From contig NIVC01000276.1 of assembly GCA_002269645.1 (NCBI GenBank), forward strand, positions 62,001 through 126,000: a stretch of DNA of 64,000 bases. The letters are read 5' to 3'. The notes beneath the pieces are model-generated. The model worked only from the letters and a program-made list of their open reading frames with translations, was not told the DNA's origin and ran no database searches. The stretch is from Macrostomum lignano. Taxonomy: Eukaryota. Below are positions 23,306 to 34,600 of this stretch, in pieces (within the stretch, counting starts at the first letter, position 1; each line of letters begins with the position of its first letter). A program made the translations under genes and the position numbers.

Positions 23306-26300
23306 ATGGCCGAGTCCCTGGCCCGCCGGCTGGCCGAGCCCGGCTGCTCCGGCCAGAACGCACTGGTCAGCCTCAGCCAGCACGTGACCCGTGGCGACCA
23401 GGCGCACAGGCAGGAGGTCGGCCAGCAGGCCGTGCGGGCGCAGCAGCTGCAGGTTCGCGGAGGATTGGGAAGGGTGGAGGATTGGGGAGGGTGGAGGATT
23501 GGGGAGGGTGGAGGATTGGGGAGGGTGGAGGATTGGGGAGGGTGGAGGATTGGGGAGGGTGGAGGATTGGGGAGGGTGGAGGATTGGGGAGGGTGGAGGA
23601 TTGGGGAGGGTGGAGGATTGGGGAGGGTGGAGGATTGGGGAGGGTGGAGGATTGGGGAGGGTGGAGGATTGGGGAGGGTGGAGGATTGGGGAGGGTGGAG
23701 GATTGGGGAGGGTGGAGGATTGGGAAGGGGAGGGTGGAGGATTGGGGAGGGTGGAGGATTGGGGAGGGTGGAGGATTGGGAGGGTGGAGGATTGGGGAGG
23801 GTGGAGGATTGGGGAGGGTGGAGGATTGGAAAGGGTGGAGGATTGGGAAGGGTGGAGGATTGGAAAGGGTGGAGGATTGGGGAGGGTGGAGGATTGGGGA
23901 GGGTGGAGGATTGGGGAGGGTGGAGGATTGGGGAGGGGAGGCTGGAGGATTGGGGAGGGTGGAGGATTGGGAAGGGGAGGGTGGAGGATTGGGGAGGATG
24001 GAGGATTGGGGAGGGTGGAGGATTGGGGAGGATGGAGGATTGGGGAGGATGGAGGATTGGGGAGGATGGAGGATTGGGGAGGGTGGAGGATTGGGAAGGG
24101 TGGAGGATTGGGAAGGGTGGAGGATTGGAAAGGGTGGAGGATTGGAAAGGGTGGAGGATTGGAAAGGGTGGAGGATTGGAAAGGGTGGAGGATTGGGGAG
24201 GGTGGAGGATTGGGGAGGGTGGAGGATTGGGGAGGGTGGAGGATTGGGGAGGGTGGAGGATTGGGGAGGGTGGAGGATTGGGGAGGGTGGAGGATTGGGG
24301 AGGGTGGAGGATTGGGGAGGGTGGAGGATTGGGGAGGGTGGAGGATTGGGGAGGGTGGAGGATTGGGAAGGGGAGGGTGGAGGATTGGGGAGGATGGAGG
24401 ATTGGGGAGGGTGGAGGATTGGGGAGGATGGAGGATTGGGGAGGGTGGAGGATTGGGAAGGGTGGAGGATTGGGGAGGGTGGAGGATTGGGGAGGGTGGA
24501 GGATTGGGGAGGGTGGAGGATTGGGAAGGGGAGGGTGGAGGATTGGGAAGGGGAGGGTGGAGGATTGGGGAGGATGGAGGATTGGGGAGGGTGGAGGATT
24601 GGGGAGGATGGAGGATTGGGGAGGGTGGAGGATTGGGAAGGGTGGAGGATTGGGGAGGGTGGAGGATTGGGAGGGTGGAGGATTGGGGAGGGTGGAGGAT
24701 TGGGGAGGGTGGAGGATTGGGGAGGGTGGAGGATTGGGGAGGGTGGAGGATTGGGAAGGGTGGAGGATTGGGGAGGGTGGAGGATTGGGGAGGGTGGAGG
24801 ATTGGGAAGGGTGGAGGATTGGGGAGGGTGGAGGATTGGGAAGGGTGGAGGATTGGGGAGGGTGGAGGATTGGGGAGGGTGGAGGATTGGGGAGGGTGGA
24901 GGATTGGGGAGGGTGGAGGATTGGGGAGGGTGGAGGATTGGGGGCTGGGGGTTGAGAGGCTGAGGGTTGAGAGGCTGAGGGTTAAGGGGCTGAGGGTTGG
25001 GAGGCTGAGGGTTGGGAGGCTGAGGGTTGGGAGGCTGAGGGTTGGGAGGCTGAGGGTTGGGAGGCTGAGGGTTGAGAGGCTGAGGGTTGAGGGGCCGAGA
25101 ATTGGGGTTGGATGATTGAAGGGCCGAGGATTAGGGTGGAGGATTTGGGTGCAGCATGCAGCTCACCAAGCTCAAAAACCCCCCGCTCACCAGGGTGCTA
25201 CGGCGGCGACTGCGGCCCCGCAGACGTTCAACATGCAGGCTCTGCTGGCTGAAGCGCTCGCCTTCTCTGCCGCCTCGTCTGTGCCGGCAGCCGCCGCAGC
25301 AGCAGCGACATCCTCGCTGCCTCCGCCGCCTCTGCGTTTCACGTGTCCGCGTCCACACCTTCTCTGCCGTCAGCGGCCACCGGTGAGGCTTGGCTGGGAT
25401 GGTGTGGTGAGATTATCAGAAAGGCTGAGATAAGGTTGGAACAATGGTGTGATATGAGACAGCTAGAATGATGAAATATGATTGCCCGAGATGGTTAGAT
25501 TAGATAATAGATGGTCTATTATTCCTTTAATCATAATATTAAAAATGCGGGTTGAGATTGGATTAAGGAAGGGGTGAGATTAGACCGAGAAGGGTGAGAT
25601 TAGATTGAGAAGGGTGAGATTAGACCGAGAAGGGTGAGATTAGATTGAGAAGGGTGAGATTAGACCGAGAAGGGTGAGATTAGATTGGGAAGGGTGAGAT
25701 TAGATCGATAAGGGTGAGATTAGATTTCGATAGGGAATATCAAGCTGGCAAGTCAACAGAATGTCTGGCCAATCCTCAGCTGCGGCCGCGCCGCAGTCGC
25801 TGGGCCTCCCCCTGATGATGCTGCGCGGGCCCTCCGCCCCGATGCTGCTGCCGGCCGCGCCGCCGGCCGCCGCCTCCGTGCAACAGCCGAGCTGGGGCGC
25901 CAACTTCCTGGCCGAGCGGGACCACCTGCTGCTGCCGGCCGACTCCGCCCAACTGACCGACGACATGGACACTGACATGGACCACCAGCCCGAGGAGCGG
26001 CTGGCCAGCGCTCTGGAGCAGCTGCGGTCCGGCACCTACACGGAGACTGACGCCGAGAAGGACCGCTTCTGGGAGGACCTGTCCCGCACCTGGTCCCAGT
26101 ACCTGGACGACGACACCCTGGGAGCGGCCGGCGCCGCCTCTGCCACTGCGTCCGCCAGTGAGACGAAACGTGAATACGTCTTTCAGGTGAGCCTGTCCAG
26201 ATGCTCTGGCCACTGTCACCTTTACAGATCCTCAGGCTGGGCTACTATCTTCTCAGCTCCTCAGGGACACCCACAGATCCTCAGGCTGGGCTACTGTCTT

Positions 26301-28999
26301 CTCAGCTCCTCAGGGACACCCACAGATCCACAGGCTGGGCTACTGTCTTCTCAGCTCCTCAGGGACACCCACAGATCCTCAGGCTGGGCTACTGTCTTCT
26401 CAGCTCCTCAGGGACACCCACAGATCCTCAGGCTGGGCTACTGTCTTCTCAGATCCTCAGGGACACCCACAGATCCTCAGGCTGGGCTACTGTCTTCTCA
26501 GATCCTCAGCCACCCTCACAGATCCTCAGCCACTCTCACAGATCCTCAGCCACCCTCACAGATCCTCAGCCACCCTCACAGATCCTCAGCCACTCTCACA
26601 GATCCTCAGCCACCCTCACAGATCCTCAGCCACTCTCACAGATCCTCAGCCACCCTCACAGATCCTCAGCCACTCTCACAGATCCTCAGCCACCCTCACA
26701 GATCCTCAGCCACCCTCACAGATCCTCAGCCACCCTCAAAGATCCTCAGCCACTCTCACAGATCCTCAGCCACCCTCACAGATCCTCAGCCACCCTCACA
26801 GATCCTCAGCCACTCTCACAGATCCTCCCCCCCCCCCAGGCCGACAACCCGCACGCGGAGGAGGCGGACCCGCTGGGCGCAGGGCTGGCCGCGATGCGCC
26901 AAGGCCGCGTGCCCGAAGCCGTCCTGCTGTTTGAGGCGGCCGCCGCCCGGGCCCCGGACAGCGCGGAGGCGTGGCGCCACCTGGGCATCAGCCTGGCCGA
27001 GGCGGAGCGCGAGCCGGACGCCATCACCGCCTGCCAGCGCTGCCTGTCTCTGTCGCCGCAAGACCGCCCGGCCCTGCTGTCGTTGGCGCGCAGCTTCACC
27101 AACGAGCTGCGCAACTCCGAGGCCGTCCACGCCCTGCTGTCCTGGCTGGCCGCCAATCCCGCCTACTCCGACCTGCTGGCCGGTGCCTCCGCCGACTCCG
27201 CCGAAGCCGCCGCGCCAACCGTTGGCGGGTTCGCCACCTACGCGGAGTTCTCCCGCTGCGAGCGGCTGCTGCTGGCCGCGGCGGCGAGGCAGACGGCCGG
27301 CTCGCCCGACCCGGAGCTGCAGCTGGCGTTGGGTGTGCTGTACAACCTGCACGGCGACTTCCAGCGGGCTGTGGACTCCTTCAAGGCTGCGCTGCAGGTG
27401 AGAATGATTTGCACTGGCACTGGGTGAGGCTTAGACGCGTGCCAAATGGCATAGCAAATTGGTAGTTTGGTAGCGCCAATACTGCACTTATACACGCGCT
27501 CACACAGGGTTTACAGCGGCACATGACTTTCGTCAGGCAAATGCACTCTCGCGTACTAACCGCAGCCAGTCAGCTTAACTTTTAGTCAATAGGCTAGCCC
27601 AGCCGGTTAGGTAGTAGTTAATATAGGAATCTGATATTTCACCACTCTCACAGGTGCAGCCAGATGACTATCTAAGCTGGAATAAGCTGGGCGCCACTCT
27701 GGCTAACAGTGGCCGTCACGAGGAGGCTGTGCAGGCCTACAGGCGCGCCCTCAGCCTGGCGCCCGGCTTTGTGCGCGCCCGCGCCAATCTGGGCATCGCC
27801 TGCCACAGTCTGCGCGCCTACGACCAGGTTTGAGATAATTGACTTAGCTAATAATTAGGCTGCAGTCTGAGCTAATAATTAGGCTACAGTCTGGGCTAAT
27901 AATTAGGCTACAGTCCGGGCTAATAACTAGGCTGCAGTCTGAGCTAATAATTAGGCTACAGTCTGGGCTAATAATTAGGCTACGGTCCGGGCTAATAACT
28001 AGGCTGCAGTCTGAGCTAATAATTAGGCTACAGTCTGGGCTAATAACTAGGCTGCAGTCTGAGCTAATAATTGGGCTGCAGTCTGAGCTAATAATTGGGC
28101 TGCAGTCTGAGCTAATAATTAGGCTGCAGTCTGAGCTAATAATTGGGCTACAGTCTGAGCTAATAATTGGGCTACAGTCTGAGCTAATAATTAGGCTGCA
28201 GTCTGGGCTAATAATTAGGCTACAGTCTGAGCTAATAATTAGGCTGCAGTCTGGGCTAATAATTAGGCTGCAGTCTGAGCTAATATTAAGGCTACAGTCT
28301 GAGCTAATAATAAGGCTACAGTCTGAGCTAATAATTAGGCTACAGTCTGAGCTAATAATTAGGCTACAGTCTGAGCTAATAGTTAGGCTACAGTCTGAGC
28401 TAATGGTTAGGCTACGGTCTGAGCTAATAGTTAGGCTACAGTCTGAGCTAATAGTTAGGCTACGGTCTGAGCTAATAGTTAGGCTACAGTCTGAGCTAAT
28501 AGTTAGGCTACAGTCTGAGCTAATAACTAGGCTACAGTCTGAGCTAATAACTAGGGTACAGTCTGGGCTAATAATTAGGTTGCAGTCTGAGCTACCAGTA
28601 ATAACTAGGCTACAGTCTGAGCTAATGGTTAGGCTACGGTCTGAGCTAATAGTTAGGCTACAGTCTGAGCTAATAACTAGGCTACAGTCTGAGCTAATAA
28701 TAAGGCTACAGTCTGAGCTATTTTTTAACATTTCTACGAAAAAAACAGCGTATTTTCCTTCATAACTCGCGCAGGCCCTCAGCAACTACGCTTCTGCCCT
28801 GCGGCTGCTGCAGCCTGGCCGTCAGTCCGACAGCTCGGTGTGGAACCTCGCCAGACAGACCGTGGCTCGGATGGCCTTCGAACCATCGTCCACTTCGTCA
28901 ACTGGCGACCGCGTGACGGCCCTGAAAGCGCTGGTTGAGGCGCGCGACCTGCCCGGCTTTTGTCGGGCGGTCGGCGTGGCCCAGTCGGACTCCAGCTAG
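23306..28999 (+). CDS. PEX5: Peroxisomal PTS1 receptor PEX5, 6 exons, ~560 aa
   Basis: Exons 23306-23452, 25194-25382, ~25797-26186, 26840-27397, 27654-27827, 28775-28999. N-terminus [18 protein letters not shown] (conserved ubiquitinated Cys), [26 protein letters not shown], and TPRs AVLLFEAA...[67 protein letters not shown]. The exon 2/3 junction is ambiguous (alternative acceptor 25780 in phase 1). Confidence 0.93.
23458..25130. repeat. G-rich 17-bp minisatellite then a 15-bp array, PEX5 intron 1 (partial copy at 21552-22112)
   Basis: GGGTGGAGGATTGGGGA units to ~24945, then GCTGAGGGTTGGGAG units. Confidence 0.95.
25570..25735. repeat. 20-bp repeat, PEX5 intron 2
   Basis: Unit GATTAGACCGAGAAGGGTGA. 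Confidence 0.85.
26225..26825. repeat. Compound ~50-bp and 20-bp arrays, PEX5 intron 3
   Basis: CAGATCCTCAGGCTGGGCTACTGTCTTCTCAG... units, then CAGATCCTCAGCCAC(C/T)CTCA units. Confidence 0.9.
27845..28720. repeat. 24-bp minisatellite, PEX5 intron 5
   Basis: Unit CTGAGCTAATAATTAGGCTACAGT. Confidence 0.95.
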
Positions 29000-31556
29000 T
29001 GCAGCCGGTGCTTTCAGCCTACTTGTAGTAGAGATGCAAGGATTGATCGCAATCGAGTAACAATCCCGATTTCTGCGTGAGCGCAACAGTTTTGCTCGCT
29101 AGAGCTTGCCATCTGCTTAGCTTTAACTCTCTGGTCAGCGGACTTTCGACAGGAAAGCTTTGTTTTTTGTAGGAACTCTTCGTATCGATTTTTACTTTGA
29201 CAGTTTTCCTGCTTGAAGGTTTCATGCTGTTTTGCCTCTATGATGTTATTGATTGTAACTGAAAACTCAAAAATACATAAGCACAGAAGCCGCTAACAGT
29301 TTCAAATTGTTACATAATAAACTTCAGAGTTGAATAATTTCATAAAAGTAGAGTTTTGCCTTAGTTTTTTGTGTCGCACGACTTGCAATCGTATTTCACT
29401 GGCGTCAAAAACAAGACATTGAAATACACCTAGTTGAATTTATCATCTCGTCGAATCAGTTAGGTACACACAAAAAATATACTCGTGTAATATGTCTGAT
29501 ACTATAAGAATGAGAACCTACGCGTTTTTTGGCCTTCATGTAACAATTATAAACCTAAACGTAAACCTAACTGCACGAACGAAAATAAGTACATGTGTAT
29601 GCAATAAAATCTCTAACAACTCAACTTATAGTTCCATTTCCCAAACCAACAAGATTCTCAAATTAAATGGAAAAAACTTGCATTAGACTGCTGTCTGCCT
29701 TTATTAGTCGGTACGAGTATGATCAAAGCGCTTTTCTCGGAGCTCACCAATTTTCATATTATTACGAAACTCCGTTATAACAAAGTAGAGCGCAGTAATA
29801 ACAGTTCTTGCCCGCATCTTTAATCATATTACCCCAAAAATGCTTTCATATACGCTTTAGTGCGCCATAATCAATTACAAAGGCCTTTTTAAGACACTGT
29901 ATGGCTTCCCTTCGATAATTTGATCTTGATACCTTGACTGTACCTAAAAATAATAAATCTATTACATAGTACTAAGACTAAAATACTGGACAAAACATGT
30001 CTTAGAGATTTAGTGTATTGTGAATACAATAATCATATATCAAATACCTCTTTGTCAGAGCGTCAGCATAATCTGAAACTGAAACACTCTTTTATATGAT
30101 TTTTTGGCATTAAAATGTAAACTCAGCGAAAGAAATTCTGCGAGAAAGTTATTCAATAATTAATAAATGTTATTTACTTTTACATTAAGACTTTTTGGTC
30201 GCGACTCGCGACTCTCTTCATAATCATGAAAGCAGAAGTTAGACGACTTCCTTAACTTCGAATATCTACTTTCATTCAATTTATATTATATTTTAACAGA
30301 ATCCATCTCATATACATATGGTTTCTTTATAAGTGTGTATTATTAGGAATTCGCATATTCATGGTCTATGTGTATTCTCTTTAAAGCATAAAAATAAATT
30401 CATTATTCATAATCATGTTTTGTTTTTTCTTTGACTGATATTTAAGCGCCACTAGTCGATACTAGGGCAAACTTAACTCGAATATAAAGTAGTACTAGCA
30501 CTAGGTGTTATAGCTATCTATTTATTAGAATAGGAGCACAGTATGCCTAATAAAAAATTAATTTTATCAACTTGTTTTTTTAATTAGGAATTGAAAAGAA
30601 AGGTATCAACAAAATTATCAATTGTAACATAGCAAAAATTATTTTTGTACAGGTGCATCTAATAGGCCTATTCTTTTATTGATTATTTTATTGCTTAAAT
30701 TCATATGGTAACCTTAGAAAATGCATTTTTTCACAGCTAAATCTCAATTTAAAAAATATTTTTAGAATTCAAATAAAAATTTTGAATCAGAATTAAATTT
30801 TTGTATGACAAAAGAATTCATTAGAGACTAGCATTAGTTTGTTAATTAATTTTTATAAAGTTTTTGTGTACTTTTCAAGTCATTTCCCTTCACATTTGTA
30901 TGCATTCATGCTGATTTTTTTACTATTTTAATGCTCTAATCAGAAGTATTTGAATTTCTATGACTCTTTGTATTCCCTGCATTGAGTTTTAATGCAATCG
31001 ACATTAGCAATCTATTCTTGAAAATAAAGGGCAGCCTAGGCTGCCACAATGTATTAAATTAGATTAGTGGTGGGTCCAGTGTGGGTGGCCGAGGCCAAGA
31101 GCCTCGGAGTTCTTGAGTCTTGTCGGAGCTGCAAACCAGAATGTCCGTTTAATTATTCGCTTAATGCAACGTCTGTTAAGACTCGGGGTGGGTGGCTTTG
31201 TCAGACTGGGCTGTTGTGAGCTTGTTGGAGCATGCCAGTCTCTAAGCCCCGGCTTACTGCTCTCAATGCAATTCAAGGGGTCTCTGCTGTCTCGGCTGGC
31301 TGTATGGCGCTTCATAAACATTTCCAGACTGTGTATTGAGTAGCCGAGAGCATGGCTAAGGGTCAGGTGGTTCCATTGTTCTCTGCCCTGCTCTGACTGT
31401 CGGCGTGCGAACTGAGCTCGTCCCGCCTCACGCCTCAGTTCATTTGCGCTTAGCCTCAGGCTTCTATTTTTAGCTCGCTTGGCGCAATAAAACTGCTTGT
31501 ACTCGTAGCTGTAGCTCTTGCCGGTTTTACACATTTACAGTTGCTATGGCTTTATG

Positions 31557-31581
31557 ACCTGTGTCTGTCTGTCTGTCTGCC

Positions 31582-31625
<44 letters not shown>

Positions 31626-31645
31626 AGTCTGCCTGTCTATCTGTC
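31557..31645. repeat. (TGTC)n microsatellite
   Basis: Direct reading. Confidence 0.95.
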
Positions 31646-31673
31646 TAAGTCGCTAACCGCAAACGAACTTCAG

Positions 31674-34600
31674 GACTGTCGCACTTCTCGACTGCCTCAG
31701 CCAGGCAGCGTCTCCACCGTCTCCGGCAGCAGCAACGGCAGCGGCAGCGGGTTGGTGTCCCCCTTGCGCATGCAGCACCCCAACAAGGTGTTCGTGCCGG
31801 CCAGCCCGCCCGACCCCGCCGCCGGTCGCAGCGGCCAGTCAGAGTCCAGCTGCTCGCCAAACTCCGGGACAGAGCTGTCCGTCGGCTACCCCGGCAAGAA
31901 GTCGCGCCTCACCCTGCCGTCGGCACCGTCCGGAGTTCGAGTCCTGGCGCCTTCGTCGGCTTCGTCAAAGCTGCGGACAGTCTCGGCGCAGAAGGCGGTA
32001 CCCGCGGAGAATCCGCCGCAGCCCGCGGCCGCCGACGCCACCGCTGCTGACGCCAACTGCAGCGACGAGGACGGCGACGCTGCAGCGACCACGCCTCGCC
32101 AACGGCAGCGGCGCAACACCTTCAGCCTCGAGCCGCCGGAGCCGCCCAGCGACGCCGACTTTCACGACATCATTGTCGCTGAGGCGGCCGCGGTGGCTGC
32201 CGCGGTGGCCGAAATGGAGGGAGCCGCCGACAGCGCCGATACGGGTGCGCTGGGGGCCTGCAGGCTTTGAGACACCCCACAGACCACCCTGTAGACACCC
32301 TGCAGACTCTGAGACATACTGCAGATACTGAGACACTCTGCAGACACAAACACCATGCAGACTTTAAGACACCCTGCACACTCTAAGACACCCTGCAGAC
32401 ACCCTGCAGACTTTAAGACACCCTGCAAACTCTGAGACACCCTGCAGACACCCTGCAGACACTCAGCAGACTCTGAGACAACCTGCAGACACCGTGCAGA
32501 CACCCTGCAGACTTTGAGACACCCTGAGACACCCTGAGACACATGCAGACATCCTGCAGAACACCCTGCAGATTTTTAAGGCGCTATTTTATCATATTTT
32601 ACCATTCTCAATCTTCAGGCTACTGCCCTACAGAATCGGATGACAGGACCACTCGCACCACAGCTGACAGCTTTGAATCCACCCCAGCACCTGCGCCAGC
32701 ACCCGCGTCAGCGCCCGCGCCAGCGCCCGCGCCAGCGCCCGCGCCAGCGCCCGCGCCAGCGCCAGCACCTGCGCCAGCGCCAGCAACCTCGCTAAAAACC
32801 CCTACGGGACTGCGAAAGCCGCAGACGGTGACGCCGGTGACGCCAAAATCGACCAAAACGTCGGCGGCAGCTGTGGCGTCCCCGACTGTCACTTCGTCAC
32901 CGTCGCCGGCAGCAAGGCGGTCCAGCGGCCTTCCGCCTCCCTCGTCTGTCGGCGGGGCCAGACCGGCAGCGGTTGCTAGGCAAGCAGCAACAGCGGCAGC
33001 TTCAAAGCCACCGAATTTGAAGACGCCGACTTCGAATGCTTCAAGTTCGAATTCAAATCGGCGCGCCAGCGTGCCGGCCTCCGAAGCTGCCAGCGCCGCC
33101 AGCACCGCCGCGTCTGCCGCTGCGACTAAGAGTTCAACGACCGCGTCGTCAAGGCGACAGTCGGCCCTGCCGACTCCGTCAACTGCAACAGCGCCGACAA
33201 AGCTGAAGTCGCTGCCTCAGGCGGTCGGCAGCCAGCCAGTCAAGCGGGCGGTCCCGACGGCAGCTGCCTGTGCCTCGTCATCGCTGGCCAGACCTGGCGG
33301 TGAGCGACTTTCGACTGGATAACAAGGAAAATGGGGATTAAAAAGAGTGGGATAAACAACCCAGTGTAGCCATGAAATCGCGCTTGTTTCTTACTGAGCA
33401 TTTCAAGAGTATTTTTTAGAAGAATGAACTTTTTTAAGTTAGCTGGCTATGGTTGTTCATTGCACTCTGCGAAACTTTATCGGCGTAAAAGCAAGCCGGT
33501 GCATAGGCGGAGCCTGTCAGTCTAAAAATAGATCTAACTGGCAGGGCGTAATACAGCAAATGTGCGCATTTCCTACTGTCAGTAGGAGTTTGGCGTATTG
33601 CAGCTATATTGGTGATTGGAATTCCCAAGTAAAAAGTTTATGATGAAGTGGTCAAATTAAATGCAACAAAAAGTTTCGATTTGTCAGCGGGCCTGTAGTC
33701 TCAGTTGGTTAGAAAGTTGGATTTAAAATCCAAAGGTCGCGGGTTCGAGCCCCGCCAGGTCCACTTTTTTTCCCAATTGAAAATTCGAAAAAATCTATTT
33801 GAAGACCGTTGTTAAACTCCAAAAAATGCCCCATGCCCGCTGCAGTTCGGCCGTCAGGGGTTCCGCAGCAGTCGCGTCTGGTTGCCAAGGCAACCGGCTC
33901 CCCCGTCACGGCGGTCTCCTCAACTTCGTCAGTGGCTTCCTCGAGCCGCAGCGGCGCCGCCGGGGTCGCTAAAAAGTTGTCGAAGGTTTGTCAGAGTTGT
34001 TAAATTCTGCGTGAATATTTTTTCAGTGTGAAACTTTTGCCTTACCTTATTATGAGCTCTGGTGGTGCTGTTTTAGACTAACGGGACCTATCCTTCGATC
34101 CAGGTAGAGAGCTTCTATGTTCCCATTGTCCTCACTGTTTGCTCAAATATTTCCTTTTGATTAATATTTAAGCACGCTGCATACTACTAGTGGTAGTGGC
34201 TATCAGTAGCTAGTTCCGTGATTTCGTGAACGTAAAAATGTTTTTATAGATTCGGCGACATTTTCTTATTTGCTAATCATCAAATCCTATTGGTAATTTC
34301 AACTGATTCTGTCAAAATATTTTGTACAAACCTTTTAAAATCTCCCCTGTACACCTCTGCACACCTCTGCACACCTCTGCACACCTCTGCACACCTCTGC
34401 ACACATCTGCACACCTCTGCACACCTCTGCACACCTCTGCACACCTCTGCACACCTCTGCACAACTCCGCACACCTCTGCTGCACAACTCTGCACACCTC
34501 TGCACACCTCTGCACACCTCTGCACAACTCTGCACACCTCTGCACAACTCTGCACACCTCTGCTGCACTACTCTGCACACTTCTGCACACCTCTGCACTA

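Larger units (their letters stand above)
20208..24018 (+). repeat. ~1.9-kb direct tandem segmental duplication (WASHC1 3' end, spacer, PEX5 exon 1, start of intron 1)
   Basis: Identical sequence at offset 1905-1906: 20208/22113, 20999/22905, 21400/23306. Junction ...GGATTG|GAAGTCCGTGAAG at 22113. Confidence 0.93.

Noticed and set aside
23306-25115. 493-574-aa Gly/Trp-rich ORFs
   Set aside because: Read-through of PEX5 exon 1 into the stop-free 17-bp intron array; all three frames are open.
25761-27427. PEX5 intron 3 as coding sequence (two overlapping long ORFs)
   Set aside because: The intron is 653 nt (not a multiple of 3) and splicing 26186 to 26840 restores the conserved YxFxxxNP motif.
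31064-31534. 156-aa minus ORF and possible first exons of the MTUS-like gene
   Set aside because: No recognisable motif; several weak ATG/donor candidates exist and none can be chosen without transcript data.
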